64,000 nt of DNA from a virus (taxonomy: Duplodnaviria; Caudoviricetes). Below, piece after piece: positions 29,480-39,087 of this stretch. Below the pieces are notes generated by a model. The model did not search any database, was not told the DNA's origin, and saw only the letters and a list, made by a program, of their open reading frames with translations. The position numbers and the translations under genes were made by a program. Each line of letters opens with the position of its first letter. Position 1 is the stretch's first letter. The stretch is from the IMG/VR virus record IMGVR_UViG_3300008107_000020; one strand, written 5' to 3'.

Positions 29480-30144
29480 CGGATAATTTAATTAAAATAT
29501 ACGAAAAAGCCATCCCAAAAGAAGTTTGTGAGTTTATAATAAATGAGTTTGAAACTTCTAAAAATCAAATGGAAGGTATTAGTGGGGCTGGTGTAAATAA
29601 GTTGGTAAAATCCTCAACAGATTTGATGATCCATTTAAATTTAGACAACCCAAATTGGTTATACATTTATGATTACTTGAGAGAAAATTTATTAGGTAAT
29701 TTGGTTGATTACATTGAATGTAACAGTTTCATGACAATGACAGGTGGTTTTGCCACTAAAGCTTCTGCCGTTAGGACGGCCCAATCTTGTTACATGGCTG
29801 GTAGTAACGGCCAACCCCACATGCAAATGCAGAGGTACATTGACGACCAAGGTTATTACGCTTGGCACCACGAAAATGAGGGTGGAACAACATCAAAAAG
29901 GGAGTTGTTTTTTATCTACTATTTAAATGATGTTGATAGTGGTGGTGAGACCGAATTCAAGTTCAACCCACTTAAAGTCAACCCAGAAGTTGGTAAATTA
30001 GTTATAGCACCAGCTTTATGGACACATAAACATCGTGGTAACCCACCGCAAAATGGTCAGTATAAATATATCATCACTGGTTGGATTGAAAAAAAGGATG
30101 AACACTATATTTCTGAAGAATTTGAGGAAGATTACCTAATTTAA
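29476..30144 (+). CDS. 2OG-Fe(II) oxygenase (prolyl-4-hydroxylase-like)
   Basis: MQRY...WHHEN, FIYYLNDVDSGGETEF, WTHKHRG. Confidence 0.85.
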   Translation: MTDNLIKIYEKAIPKEVCEFIINEFETSKNQMEGISGAGVNKLVKSSTDLMIHLNLDNPNWLYIYDYLRENLLGNLVDYIECNSFMTMTGGFATKASAVRTAQSCYMAGSNGQPHMQMQRYIDDQGYYAWHHENEGGTTSKRELFFIYYLNDVDSGGETEFKFNPLKVNPEVGKLVIAPALWTHKHRGNPPQNGQYKYIITGWIEKKDEHYISEEFEEDYLI

Positions 30145-30169
30145 CCGAAAATACAGATATTTATCTGAT

Positions 30170-30913
30170 ATGGACAATATTTTAAAAAGTTTTACTGTTC
30201 GACCTAGCTTATATTCAGATATTTGGGAAAACCCGTCATCTGATAATTTTAAGGAAATAAAACTTAAAAAAGAGATTAGAGAACGTTTAATTGCGATAGC
30301 AAAAGATTTTATTGAAAGTTTTGGTATTGATAGTTTTGCTATTGAAGATATTTTGTTTGTTGGTAGTTTAGCTAATTACAATTGGTCAGAGTATTCTGAT
30401 ATTGATTTACACATTGTTGTAGATAAAAAAGCTGTTAACGATGATAATATTTTAGTTGATGAATTTTTTACGGCTAAAAAAGAGTTATATAACCTAAAAC
30501 ATGATATAAAAATCAAGGGGTTTGATGTTGAGTTATATGTCCAGGATGTTGAAGAGGTTTTGGATGCAGCCGATGGTATATATAGCATACTTTATAGTAA
30601 ATGGAGAAAAGAACCCAGTAAACAAAAACCAGAGATAAATAAAAAAGATATTGTTAAAAAGGTAAAAGAATTTGATAAAAAATTAAACGACATCGCCAAT
30701 GAAAAAGATGCGGATGCTAAGATTTTAAAATTAAAAAAATTAAAAGAAAAGATTAGAGCATATAGAAAAAGCGGTTTAAACTCAACGGGTGAGTTCAGTA
30801 CTGAGAATTTGGTTTTTAAATATTTAAGAAGATCTGGGTATATGGATAAATTAGCTGATATGGGTATTGATGTCAAAGATGAATTTTTATCCCTAGAAAA
30901 TCTGGAATATTGA
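30170..30913 (+). CDS. Pol-beta-superfamily nucleotidyltransferase
   Basis: GSLANYNWSEYSDIDLHIVVD and a third Asp in FDVELYVQD. Confidence 0.8.
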   Translation: MDNILKSFTVRPSLYSDIWENPSSDNFKEIKLKKEIRERLIAIAKDFIESFGIDSFAIEDILFVGSLANYNWSEYSDIDLHIVVDKKAVNDDNILVDEFFTAKKELYNLKHDIKIKGFDVELYVQDVEEVLDAADGIYSILYSKWRKEPSKQKPEINKKDIVKKVKEFDKKLNDIANEKDADAKILKLKKLKEKIRAYRKSGLNSTGEFSTENLVFKYLRRSGYMDKLADMGIDVKDEFLSLENLEY

Positions 30914-30971
30914 TATTTTCCTCTTTTTGCTTATATTTATAAGAAGAATAATTATTTTAAATAACTAAGAT

Positions 30972-31343
30972 ATGAAACCAATAGGTTCTGAAAAAATAGA
31001 AAACGTAGACGATAAATTAGCTAGGATCTTAGAGATTGCTGGTATTAAAAAAGAATTGGTTACTGAAAGTGCGCCAGTTCTTGGTCATTTGTCTAATGTA
31101 TTACACGAAGCCGTAGCGGCTAACGGTACCGAATATGGTATTGTACAAGAAGAAAAACACGTTTACATTAAAACTAAAAATGAAAACGGTGAATATGATT
31201 ATTTAACAGGTGTTCAAAACATTCATGAGCATTCTTACAAATCATACGCTGATGCTTTAAAACACTTAAATATGATGTTTAGAGAAATTAACGAATCTGT
31301 TGATTTTAAAGAAAACATCGATGTTTTAAAAAAAAAAGTATAA
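30972..31343 (+). CDS. Hypothetical protein (zero-frame product upstream of a candidate -1 frameshift)
   Basis: ORF ends GTT TTA AAA AAA AAA GTA TAA. Confidence 0.75.
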   Translation: MKPIGSEKIENVDDKLARILEIAGIKKELVTESAPVLGHLSNVLHEAVAANGTEYGIVQEEKHVYIKTKNENGEYDYLTGVQNIHEHSYKSYADALKHLNMMFREINESVDFKENIDVLKKKV

Positions 31344-31918
31344 CTGAGCGTTATATCCTAAAACTTAAGAATACTGGTACCGCACCAGCAACCGATACAA
31401 CGGTTGATTCGGGCATTGATACCACAGCTGCACCATCGGAAGAACCTGCGGATTTAGCCACAGATTTCTCAACTGAAACACCAGCTGATACAGCTGTCGA
31501 TACAACTACAGACCCAGCATTAGATCCAGCCGCTGCAACCGCAGAAGAACCAGCTCAAGAAACTGGGGCTGAAAACACTGATGAACCAATTTTAAAAACG
31601 GTTCAAAAACTCACTGGTAAATTAACCCAAAAAATGAGAGATGGTTCTCAGGAATTAGAATCAAAAGATTATAAATACGTTGTTAATTCAATCTTATCTG
31701 CAATCGATATGACAAAGATAACAGAAGAAGATATGAATGATATGTTAAATAAACTTCAAAATAAAGATTCTGAAGATACAACAGAAGCCGAACCAACAGC
31801 TGAACCAGGTGCTGAAGAAATGGCACCAGAACAACCAGTTCAAGAACAACCAAAAGATTATTTAAGAAGAATACATAAATCAGTTGTGGACGAATTTCTA
31901 AATGAAATAAATAAATAA
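31310..31918 (+). CDS. -1 frame extension (acidic Pro/Thr/Ala linker plus helical domain) of the 30972 ORF
   Basis: The -1 frame is open from 31310 to 31918 with no ATG until 31634. It reads KKSITERYILKLKNTGTAPATDT...EPILKTVQKLTGKLTQKMRDG. Confidence 0.7.
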   Translation, partial: RKHRCFKKKSITERYILKLKNTGTAPATDTTVDSGIDTTAAPSEEPADLATDFSTETPADTAVDTTTDPALDPAAATAEEPAQETGAENTDEPILKTVQKLTGKLTQKMRDGSQELESKDYKYVVNSILSAIDMTKITEEDMNDMLNKLQNKDSEDTTEAEPTAEPGAEEMAPEQPVQEQPKDYLRRIHKSVVDEFLNEINK

Positions 31919-31920
31919 TA

Positions 31921-31948
31921 AAATCCCCGAAAGGGGATTTGTTTTTTT
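31921..31948 (+). terminator. Intrinsic terminator
   Basis: AAATCCCC-GAAA-GGGGATTT followed by a T-rich tail. Confidence 0.8.
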
Positions 31949-31984
31949 AAAACGTTTTTACTATTATTGTACAAATAAGTTAAT

Positions 31985-32554
31985 ATGATAATAGGTGTTT
32001 TAGGAAAAAAACGTTCAGGTAAAGATACAACAGGTGATTACCTAGTCGCAAGTAAAAATTTTGTAAAATATAGTTTTGCTAACCCGATCAAACGTGGGGC
32101 TATGGAATTGTTTGGTTTTACGGAAGATCAGGTTTTTGGTGATGCTAAAGATGAGATTGACCCAACCTGGGGGATAACCCCAAGATTAGTGCTACAGATA
32201 ATGGGTACTGAGGTTTTTCAATACGACATGCCAAAATATATACCAGAATTACAAGTATTTGGTAGAAGTTTCTGGGTTAAGCGTTTTGAACAATGGTATA
32301 ACCAAAATAAAGATCTAGATGTTGTTATTTGCGATGTTAGATTTCAACACGAAGTTGATGCAATATTAAAGATGGGTGGTACGATATTGTCAGTGCAAAG
32401 ACCAAACCTAAGTACTGGTGATGAGCATGCATCTGAAAAAGAAATGGACTCTATTGTTGGTATTACAACCGAAATAATAAATGATCGTACTTTACATGAT
32501 TTGTACGATAAGATAGATAATTTGGTAAATGATTTACGAAAACCCCTTAGCTGA
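31985..32554 (+). CDS. Deoxynucleoside monophosphate kinase (T4 gp1-like)
   Basis: IIGVLGKKRSGKDT P-loop, PRLVLQIMGTE, VVICDVRFQHE. Confidence 0.88.
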   Translation: MIIGVLGKKRSGKDTTGDYLVASKNFVKYSFANPIKRGAMELFGFTEDQVFGDAKDEIDPTWGITPRLVLQIMGTEVFQYDMPKYIPELQVFGRSFWVKRFEQWYNQNKDLDVVICDVRFQHEVDAILKMGGTILSVQRPNLSTGDEHASEKEMDSIVGITTEIINDRTLHDLYDKIDNLVNDLRKPLS

Positions 32555-32909
32555 AATATTATCAGTACATAAATTTAAAGTTGATACAGCTACAGCTGAA
32601 ATGTTATGCTACACCTTTAACAGGGAAATAAAGTGTGATAGAAAGATTAACATCGAGTTGTTTAGAAGATTTGCCAAATACAATCCTTTATACATTTTTA
32701 GTTGGGGTGGTATCATAAATTATGGGGTAAAAGATCAACCCGTACAATTAAATGGTGTTGAAATCGTTATCCAACCTGGAAAAGAGGAAGAGTTTATGGA
32801 TGAAAATTCTAATTTTATATTCTATGGTGGGGCAAATTCAGGTCTTCAGTGGTTAGATCAAGAAGATGGTTATGAGGGTGTTTACGGAACTTGTAGAATT
32901 AACTTTTAG
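32529..32909 (+). CDS. Hypothetical protein
   Basis: ORF track; overlaps the preceding gene end. Confidence 0.65.
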   Translation: MIYENPLAEILSVHKFKVDTATAEMLCYTFNREIKCDRKINIELFRRFAKYNPLYIFSWGGIINYGVKDQPVQLNGVEIVIQPGKEEEFMDENSNFIFYGGANSGLQWLDQEDGYEGVYGTCRINF

Positions 32910-33177
32910 TTATTTTTAACCTAAGATTACCAGTACCCTTTATAACTCTATGCCAGTCATGTCTTGCTATTTTTAGTGAGACATTTTCTTTTAATGGAAT
33001 GGGTAATTGATTATCATATTGAAATTTCCAGTCAGTTGTGTTTAACACCTCAATAACACGATCTTCATTATCTCTATGCCACATAAGTTCAATGGGATCA
33101 ATCTTTTCGTCAAATTCTCTTATGACATAATTGTCACCAACCTCAATGTCTTTGTATGGTTTACCAGTATCCACCAA
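32899..33177 (-). CDS. Small cupin-like hypothetical protein
   Basis: ELMWHRDNEDR...WHRVIKG pattern. Confidence 0.65.
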   Translation of the reverse strand: MVDTGKPYKDIEVGDNYVIREFDEKIDPIELMWHRDNEDRVIEVLNTTDWKFQYDNQLPIPLKENVSLKIARHDWHRVIKGTGNLRLKITKS

Positions 33178-34123
33178 ATTTAGATTTTAAACCGAGTAAA
33201 CTAGCATATCTAGGTAATCTACATGACCAGTAGGATGCTTTAGTCCTATCTTTTTTATTCGCACAATCATGTCTAGAAGCAAACGCTTTACGTGCCGCTG
33301 GGTTATTTAATTTAACAGATAAACCAGTTGTATCACCAAAAGAAACTTTCTTAATACCACCACCTGGTTTTCTAACATAAACATAAAACTTTTTAGAACC
33401 ACCTCTTTTAGGTTTACCAAGCTCAACTTCCTTACCCTGATACTTTGCTTCAGCTATAAGTTCGTCTTCTGGCATATCTTCAGTAAATGGTAAATCCAAT
33501 GGAACCATCTGACCCTCAAATAAATCAAATCTACCTAAATCTGTGTTTTCAAATAACTTTGTGTCTAAAGCGGATAACCTAATTACCTTCTTTTCCCAAA
33601 GCTCCCTAGCTTCTTTAATTAGGAAAGCGTGTTTTTCACTACCAGGTCTATATTCATTTTCTAATAAAGGTATGCTATTACTCAAATGGTATTTTACGTC
33701 TTCAGAAACCAGATCTTTTAATATCCAAGAGTCAAAATTTTCCATTAATTTTTTTTCAATGGATAACTCAAAACACTCCTCACAAATAACCTCTGATTCA
33801 GAAATTAACGGTTCAAACTCTTTGTTTTCATACATATCATTAATAACTTCAAAAACAAAAGAAAGATCCTTATACTCTGGGTTAACAACAACATGATAAC
33901 AATCATCAGATTTTTCCATCATGGGTTTACCAAAATTATCTTTATTTTTTGAGATGTAAAACGCTGGGTTTTCAGCTTCCTCATGAATTGAGAACAATTC
34001 CGAAATCACATCAAGACTCAAACCCTCATCTTTGGGGGATGATAAAGTGTTATTTTTTGAACCTCTTTCATTCAAAATTTTAGCCATTTGGCTTTCGGTC
34101 ATTTTGTATATTTTTTTACCCAT
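33161..34123 (-). CDS. Hypothetical phage protein with acidic N-terminus and basic Cys/Trp C-terminal domain
   Basis: ORF track; preceded by a TATTTATA motif. Confidence 0.75.
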   Translation of the reverse strand: MGKKIYKMTESQMAKILNERGSKNNTLSSPKDEGLSLDVISELFSIHEEAENPAFYISKNKDNFGKPMMEKSDDCYHVVVNPEYKDLSFVFEVINDMYENKEFEPLISESEVICEECFELSIEKKLMENFDSWILKDLVSEDVKYHLSNSIPLLENEYRPGSEKHAFLIKEARELWEKKVIRLSALDTKLFENTDLGRFDLFEGQMVPLDLPFTEDMPEDELIAEAKYQGKEVELGKPKRGGSKKFYVYVRKPGGGIKKVSFGDTTGLSVKLNNPAARKAFASRHDCANKKDRTKASYWSCRLPRYASLLGLKSKFGGYW

Positions 34124-34153
34124 TACTAATGATATTATAATATAAATATCTCT

Positions 34154-34708
34154 TTAAATGAATAAATTCTTAAAATCATATACATTATTTGGTATTGGGC
34201 TTAAACGATCAAAACCGTAAAAAGCACTCATATTTGATTGTTCTCTTATTGTTTGATTATTAACTAACATCTTAGAGTGAAAACTATCAATTAATCTTGG
34301 TGTTGCGTAACCACACACAATAAACTCAGTATCACTAACTTTGCAAACAAAAATAGCTTTTTTATACATTGGTCTGTAAAAAATCGGAAACTCATTGTAA
34401 TTAAACATAATAACATCAACCCACTTTTCAAATGAGTTTCTTAATTGCTGTAAGGGTTCAACATTAACATTGTTGTAATCCATAATCGGATGTTTTATAC
34501 GTTTTGAAATCGCTGTTATTGCGCATGTTAACGTGAACATATCTTTGTATTTCTCATTATTTTTATTTAGTTTTGTTGTGTTGTGTTTGTGTTTAACAAC
34601 AGCCCTAATGTATGAAACGCAATTATGGATGTCCCTTTCATCCAACTTAATTCTACTGAATTTTTTTATGTGCGTATCGAACGCACCTTTAAATGTTATA
34701 ATGCTCAT
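34154..34708 (-). CDS. Hypothetical protein
   Basis: ORF track; MSIITF start at 34708 preferred. Confidence 0.65.
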   Translation of the reverse strand: MSIITFKGAFDTHIKKFSRIKLDERDIHNCVSYIRAVVKHKHNTTKLNKNNEKYKDMFTLTCAITAISKRIKHPIMDYNNVNVEPLQQLRNSFEKWVDVIMFNYNEFPIFYRPMYKKAIFVCKVSDTEFIVCGYATPRLIDSFHSKMLVNNQTIREQSNMSAFYGFDRLSPIPNNVYDFKNLFI

Positions 34709-34728
34709 GACACAAAAGTAAAAAAAAA

Positions 34729-34760
34729 TTTGTTTATAACCAAATAAATTCCTAATTTTG
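34729..34760 (+). promoter_or_regulatory. Bacteroidota-type promoter for the helicase
   Basis: TTTG-N20-TAATTTTG. Confidence 0.65.
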
Positions 34761-34765
34761 TAAAC

Positions 34766-36163
34766 ATGAAAGGATATACTAAAGAACAACTTGAGTTTAT
34801 TGAGTTTAGCGGACCAGAATCCGTAATATTGTCAGCAACAGCTGGTAGTGGTAAAACCCATTCCACGGTGGGTAGGTTAAATCACCTATTGGATAACGGG
34901 GTTGACCCAAACAGAATAATCTTTTTCTCATTTACTAATGATGCTGTAAATGAATTAAGACACCGTATTAACAGTGATGTTAAGATTACAACCATACATA
35001 GTTTTACCAGTGGTACGTTGGCAAAACTAGGTAAGTTTAAACCCATTGTCACATTTTACGATTTTATAAATTGGTACCGTGATAAAAAGAAGCCGTCTTT
35101 TAAAGACCCAAGAAAAATAAGAGAGGAATATTACGCTACTATTGAAAGGTTTTATGAAGAGGGTGCCAGTATATCATCATCTTTTTCGGCATATAAACTA
35201 CAATTTTACGATGGTGTTAAATCACCAAAACCAAATTTTTATGACCACTACATTGCCTTTTTAAAGGAGACTAATAGCCGTGATTTCTCTGACATGTTAA
35301 TTGACACAGAAAAATTAACAAGAGACCCTAAACATAAAGAATTTTTTGACGGTATGTATGATTATATCTTTATTGATGAGTATCAAGATACATCGACACT
35401 CCAAATGAAAATCTTATCCGCAATTAACGCAAAACAATATTACCTTATTGGTGACAAGAACCAATCAATCTATGGTTTTTCTGGAGCTAATTGCGAAAAA
35501 ATTGAATCGTTGTTAAAACAAAAGAAAACTGTTGTTGAGTTAACCTTAACAAAAAACTTTAGGTCTCATAAAAAAATTGTTGAGAACGCAAACAAATTTA
35601 GCTCGTTAATGGCTATACCTGAATCGGAACATGAGGGTTTTGTTGATGAAAAATTCATAACAAAAAAGAGATTATTTGAGATGATGTTAGACGGTAAACC
35701 CTTAACCGTTCTTGTTAGAACAAACAATATTATCAAAGAGATTGAAAAGCAAGCTCTTAAGAAAAAAGTCCCAATGCGTTATTTTAACTACATAACAAAA
35801 ACGGATCTTGATAACATTAAAAAATCAAACATAACAGATAGCCTTAAAAAGAAATTAAATGATGTATTACCCTACTTCTTAAATAACCAAGACTTCATAG
35901 ATTTTATTGAATCTAATATCGACTCCGATGTATTTGTAACATCAATACATAAAAGTAAAGGTAGGGAATTCCCAAGATGTGTTGTTATTAATTCAGCCGA
36001 TCCAGATATGTTAATAAAACATGGTAGTTTAACACATAGTTTGGCAGAATATTCATTTATAACAGACGATGGTGATATTGATGAAGAAGGTAGAAACATA
36101 CATTATGTTGCGGTTACCAGACCAAAAGAAGAATTATACTTCATGATTTACGATGATTTGTAA
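34766..36163 (+). CDS. Superfamily I UvrD/Rep-like helicase (compact)
   Basis: ATAGSGKT, FIDEYQD, IGDKNQSIYGF, NFRS, SIHKSKGREF, YVAVTRPK. Confidence 0.9.
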   Translation: MKGYTKEQLEFIEFSGPESVILSATAGSGKTHSTVGRLNHLLDNGVDPNRIIFFSFTNDAVNELRHRINSDVKITTIHSFTSGTLAKLGKFKPIVTFYDFINWYRDKKKPSFKDPRKIREEYYATIERFYEEGASISSSFSAYKLQFYDGVKSPKPNFYDHYIAFLKETNSRDFSDMLIDTEKLTRDPKHKEFFDGMYDYIFIDEYQDTSTLQMKILSAINAKQYYLIGDKNQSIYGFSGANCEKIESLLKQKKTVVELTLTKNFRSHKKIVENANKFSSLMAIPESEHEGFVDEKFITKKRLFEMMLDGKPLTVLVRTNNIIKEIEKQALKKKVPMRYFNYITKTDLDNIKKSNITDSLKKKLNDVLPYFLNNQDFIDFIESNIDSDVFVTSIHKSKGREFPRCVVINSADPDMLIKHGSLTHSLAEYSFITDDGDIDEEGRNIHYVAVTRPKEELYFMIYDDL

Positions 36164-36169
36164 AATATA

Positions 36170-36197
36170 AAAAGCCACCGTAATAGGTGGCTTTTTT
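36170..36197. terminator. Intrinsic terminator
   Basis: AAAAGCCACC-GTAATA-GGTGGCTTTTTT. Confidence 0.85.
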
Positions 36198-36307
36198 ATA
36201 GAGGTTGTTTAAATTTTTGACTTTACGTTACCATAAGTATTGGTTCAAGGGTAATCATAATTAACTCATAATTAACCCTTTACCTGAATTTGATTTTTTT
36301 TCTAAAG

Positions 36308-36469
36308 TTATCTTCTACCCTGTCCTCTATATGGTTTCTTGTAGTTTTTACTCTGTTTACCCTTACTTGTTTTATTCTTAGAATGGATACCCTTTCTATT
36401 CTTTTTGATTTTACGTCTAAACTCCTTAATACCTGATGAGGAAGTTTTCTTTTTACCTGGTGCTGCCAT
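36308..36469 (-). CDS. 53-aa highly basic protein (absent from the ORF track)
   Basis: MAAPGKKKTSSSGIKEFRRKIKKNRKGIHSKNKTSKGKQSKNYKKPYRGQGRR*, with an A-rich leader. Confidence 0.7.
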   Translation of the reverse strand: MAAPGKKKTSSSGIKEFRRKIKKNRKGIHSKNKTSKGKQSKNYKKPYRGQGRR

Positions 36470-36567
36470 AGTTAGTTTGTTTTAGTAGTTGTTTAGTTTT
36501 TTCAATAAATATATTGATAAAAATGAAAATTATCCTATAATCTTAAATATTTATTAAAAACAAACAT

Positions 36568-36726
36568 ATGATTATTTTTTACAATAGATTCGACAAAACA
36601 AAAGAGCCAATCGGCAGAACTAACAAACACGCTTCAAGGTTAGAGGCCGCAAAATTTTTTGCTGAAATTAAAAAAATGAGTCTTAAGGATTTTTTGAAAG
36701 TATTTACTGTTAGTATAATAAAATAA
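36568..36726 (+). CDS. 52-aa hypothetical protein (absent from the ORF track)
   Basis: MIIFYNRFDKTKEPIGRTNKHASRLEAAKFFAEIKKMSLKDFLKVFTVSIIK*, downstream of TATTTATT. Confidence 0.6.
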   Translation: MIIFYNRFDKTKEPIGRTNKHASRLEAAKFFAEIKKMSLKDFLKVFTVSIIK

Positions 36727-36744
36727 AAAATCAAAAAAAGAATT

Positions 36745-37581
36745 ATGTTATTAAAAGTAGGTTCAAAAGGAGATGATGTAAAAAAACTCCAAGCGAAACT
36801 GGGTACGACAGCTGATGGCGCTTTCGGTCCAGGTACAGAAAAATTAGTTAAAGAATGGCAAGCTGCCAATGGTTTAACAGCTGATGGTATTGTTGGTGAT
36901 GCGACTTGGGCAAAAATGGGTTTAAATGAGGGCGCTGCCCCAGCTAAACCAGCTGCCGCTCCAGTAGCTATCCCACCATCTAGCTTCAAATTAGAAGCAT
37001 TAAAAGGTCATATCCCTGATGCGGTTATTGCTCAGATCCCTGACACAGCAGCTAAATTCAACATTACAAACGTATTAAGATTAGCACATTTCTTGGCACA
37101 GTGTGGTCATGAATCTGGTGGTTTTAAAGCTGTTAGCGAAAACTTAAATTACAGCGCTGATGGTCTTAAAAAAATATTCCCTAAATATTTTCCTGGTAAT
37201 TTAAATGAGTCTTATTCTCGTCAGCCAGAAAAAATTGCTAACCGTGTATATTCATCTCGTATGGGTAATGGTGATGAAGCTTCTGGTGAAGGTTTTAAAT
37301 TCAGAGGCCGTGGATACATTCAATTAACTGGTAAATCAAACTACACAGCGTTTGACAAAATGGTTGAGGAGAATATAATTGAAACGCCAGATCTTGTTGC
37401 AACAAAATATCCTTTAATGTCAGCGGCATTTTTCTTTGATTCAAATAAACTTTGGTCTATATGTGACAAGGGTGCTGATGATGCAACGGTAACAGCTGTT
37501 ACAAAAAGAGTTAATGGTGGTACAATCGGTTTAGCTGATAGAATCAAACATTTTAAAGAATATTACAATTTACTAAAATAA
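36745..37581 (+). CDS. Endolysin: PG-binding domain plus GH19 (chitinase-class) muramidase
   Basis: LLKVGSKGDDVKKLQ...DGIVGDATW, then AHFLAQCGHESG, FRGRGYIQLTG and TKRVNGG. Confidence 0.9.
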   Translation: MLLKVGSKGDDVKKLQAKLGTTADGAFGPGTEKLVKEWQAANGLTADGIVGDATWAKMGLNEGAAPAKPAAAPVAIPPSSFKLEALKGHIPDAVIAQIPDTAAKFNITNVLRLAHFLAQCGHESGGFKAVSENLNYSADGLKKIFPKYFPGNLNESYSRQPEKIANRVYSSRMGNGDEASGEGFKFRGRGYIQLTGKSNYTAFDKMVEENIIETPDLVATKYPLMSAAFFFDSNKLWSICDKGADDATVTAVTKRVNGGTIGLADRIKHFKEYYNLLK

Positions 37582-37604
37582 ATAAAAAACTAATAAAAAA
37601 AATT

Positions 37605-37844
37605 ATGGACGAAATTATGGGAATGGTAAAACTATTTGCTGGTACTTACGAAGTTAACGGCTTTATGTTTTGCGATGGTAGAAAATTACCAATTAATGGT
37701 AACGAGGCGCTTTTTAGTATAATCGGTACTATATACGGTGGTGATGGTATCACAACATTTGAGATACCAGATTTAAAAGATAAAGCACCTGAGGGTATGC
37801 ATTATATGATTTGCGTGCAAGGTATTTATCCACCAAGATATTAA
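37605..37844 (+). CDS. Phage tail-collar domain protein
   Basis: GMVKLFAG...FMFCDGR.L.I...ALFSIIGTIYGGDG...F.IPDL. Confidence 0.85.
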   Translation: MDEIMGMVKLFAGTYEVNGFMFCDGRKLPINGNEALFSIIGTIYGGDGITTFEIPDLKDKAPEGMHYMICVQGIYPPRY

Positions 37845-37881
37845 TATAATAAAATAAACATAAAACTAAAAAACAATTAAA

Positions 37882-38136
37882 ATGGCATTTGTAAAAAATT
37901 TAAATGGAAAGGCTGTAGAATGTGAGTACGAAGATGGTGCTTTATTGGTACCCGCATCTGGTTATGTAGCTGCTATTGTACAATCCAACGAAATTCATTT
38001 CTTTGGTGCTGCTGATGATGAAGGTGTTATCGCCATCGGTTCAACAGCTAATGGAAGTTCAGTTGAAACATTAACTGAAGCTAAAGCGGCTATTGCTACT
38101 TTAGGTACTTTATTCTTAGATGGTGTTGCTGTCTAA
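37882..38136 (+). CDS. Hypothetical protein
   Basis: ORF track; A-rich leader. Confidence 0.7.
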   Translation: MAFVKNLNGKAVECEYEDGALLVPASGYVAAIVQSNEIHFFGAADDEGVIAIGSTANGSSVETLTEAKAAIATLGTLFLDGVAV

Positions 38137-38155
38137 TTAAAATTAAACAAAAAAT

Positions 38156-38184
38156 AAAGGCTTGGTTTTTACCAGGCCTTTTTT
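38156..38184 (+). terminator. Intrinsic terminator
   Basis: AAAGGCTTGGT-TTTT-ACCAGGCCTTTTTT. Confidence 0.8.
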
Positions 38185-38195
38185 ATTATTGTACT

Positions 38196-38396
38196 ATGAG
38201 TTTTAACAAAAGATATGTTGACAGTCGTAAAATTTTAATATATAAAGATAGGTTAGAAGACCTCTTTACTAATAAAATTGACGCATTTATATTTAATGAT
38301 AATTTCTCAAAAGAGATATTTGATTTATATGAGGAAAAAAAATTTGATTTAATTAGGGATCGAATACTTGAATATGAGACTAAATCGCTGATCTAA
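38196..38396 (+). CDS. Hypothetical protein
   Basis: ORF track. Confidence 0.6.
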   Translation: MSFNKRYVDSRKILIYKDRLEDLFTNKIDAFIFNDNFSKEIFDLYEEKKFDLIRDRILEYETKSLI

Positions 38397-39086
38397 CGGC
38401 TTTACATTTTTATTTAATTCTGAACTAATTGTCGATAAATAACCCTCATAAACAAAACCAATAGACGTTGTTTTTTTAATCGCCTTTGTTATCGATAGAT
38501 TGTAATTACCGACAGTGTTTCTTACCCATATTAAATCATTAGTCGATACAACAGCTGGTTGTAATAATAAATTATGCTCAACGGTGTAATCAGTCACTTT
38601 ATATTTAAACGTATGTCTATAAGAAACTCTTTTACTACCAAACCAGAGTTTTGATATTTCTGATCTGTCATACACATATGCAAGTGAAACACTGCCACCT
38701 AATTTATTAGTCTTAAAAGATTTTTTAAGACCCATACCACCAGAAACACTTAAATCTAAATTTTTAACTAAAGAATGCTCAACAGTTGAAAATAGTATCA
38801 CACTGTAATTGTTTTTAACTTCTTTCCAGGAAAATATATTTAACCTAGCATCCTCAGACTGTTTAATAAATTCGTTATTCTTTTGCCCATAAAATAAAAA
38901 ATAATATGGGTTTAAACTAACCCCAATGTCCTTTTTTTTATTATTAAGTTCATAACTCATTTTAGACGTTATCTGAACATTTTTATTGTTTCCAGTAAGT
39001 AACACCCCACCTAGGTCGAAACTCTTTATTTGGGCCTCTAAATGACCAAAAAAACATACTAATAATACTGTTATAAAATACTTCAT
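38349..39086 (-). CDS. Secreted probable outer-membrane beta-barrel (DUF481-like)
   Basis: Signal peptide MKYFITVLLVCFFGHLEAQ, alternating amphipathic strands, aromatic residues near the C-terminus. Confidence 0.6.
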   Translation of the reverse strand: MKYFITVLLVCFFGHLEAQIKSFDLGGVLLTGNNKNVQITSKMSYELNNKKKDIGVSLNPYYFLFYGQKNNEFIKQSEDARLNIFSWKEVKNNYSVILFSTVEHSLVKNLDLSVSGGMGLKKSFKTNKLGGSVSLAYVYDRSEISKLWFGSKRVSYRHTFKYKVTDYTVEHNLLLQPAVVSTNDLIWVRNTVGNYNLSITKAIKKTTSIGFVYEGYLSTISSELNKNVKPLDQRFSLIFKYSIPN

Positions 39087-39087
39087 A

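Noticed and set aside
36235-36290. Hairpin AAGGGT...ACCCTT with a CATAATTAAC direct repeat
   Set aside because: It is short and AT-rich with no linked gene start; insufficient support for a function.
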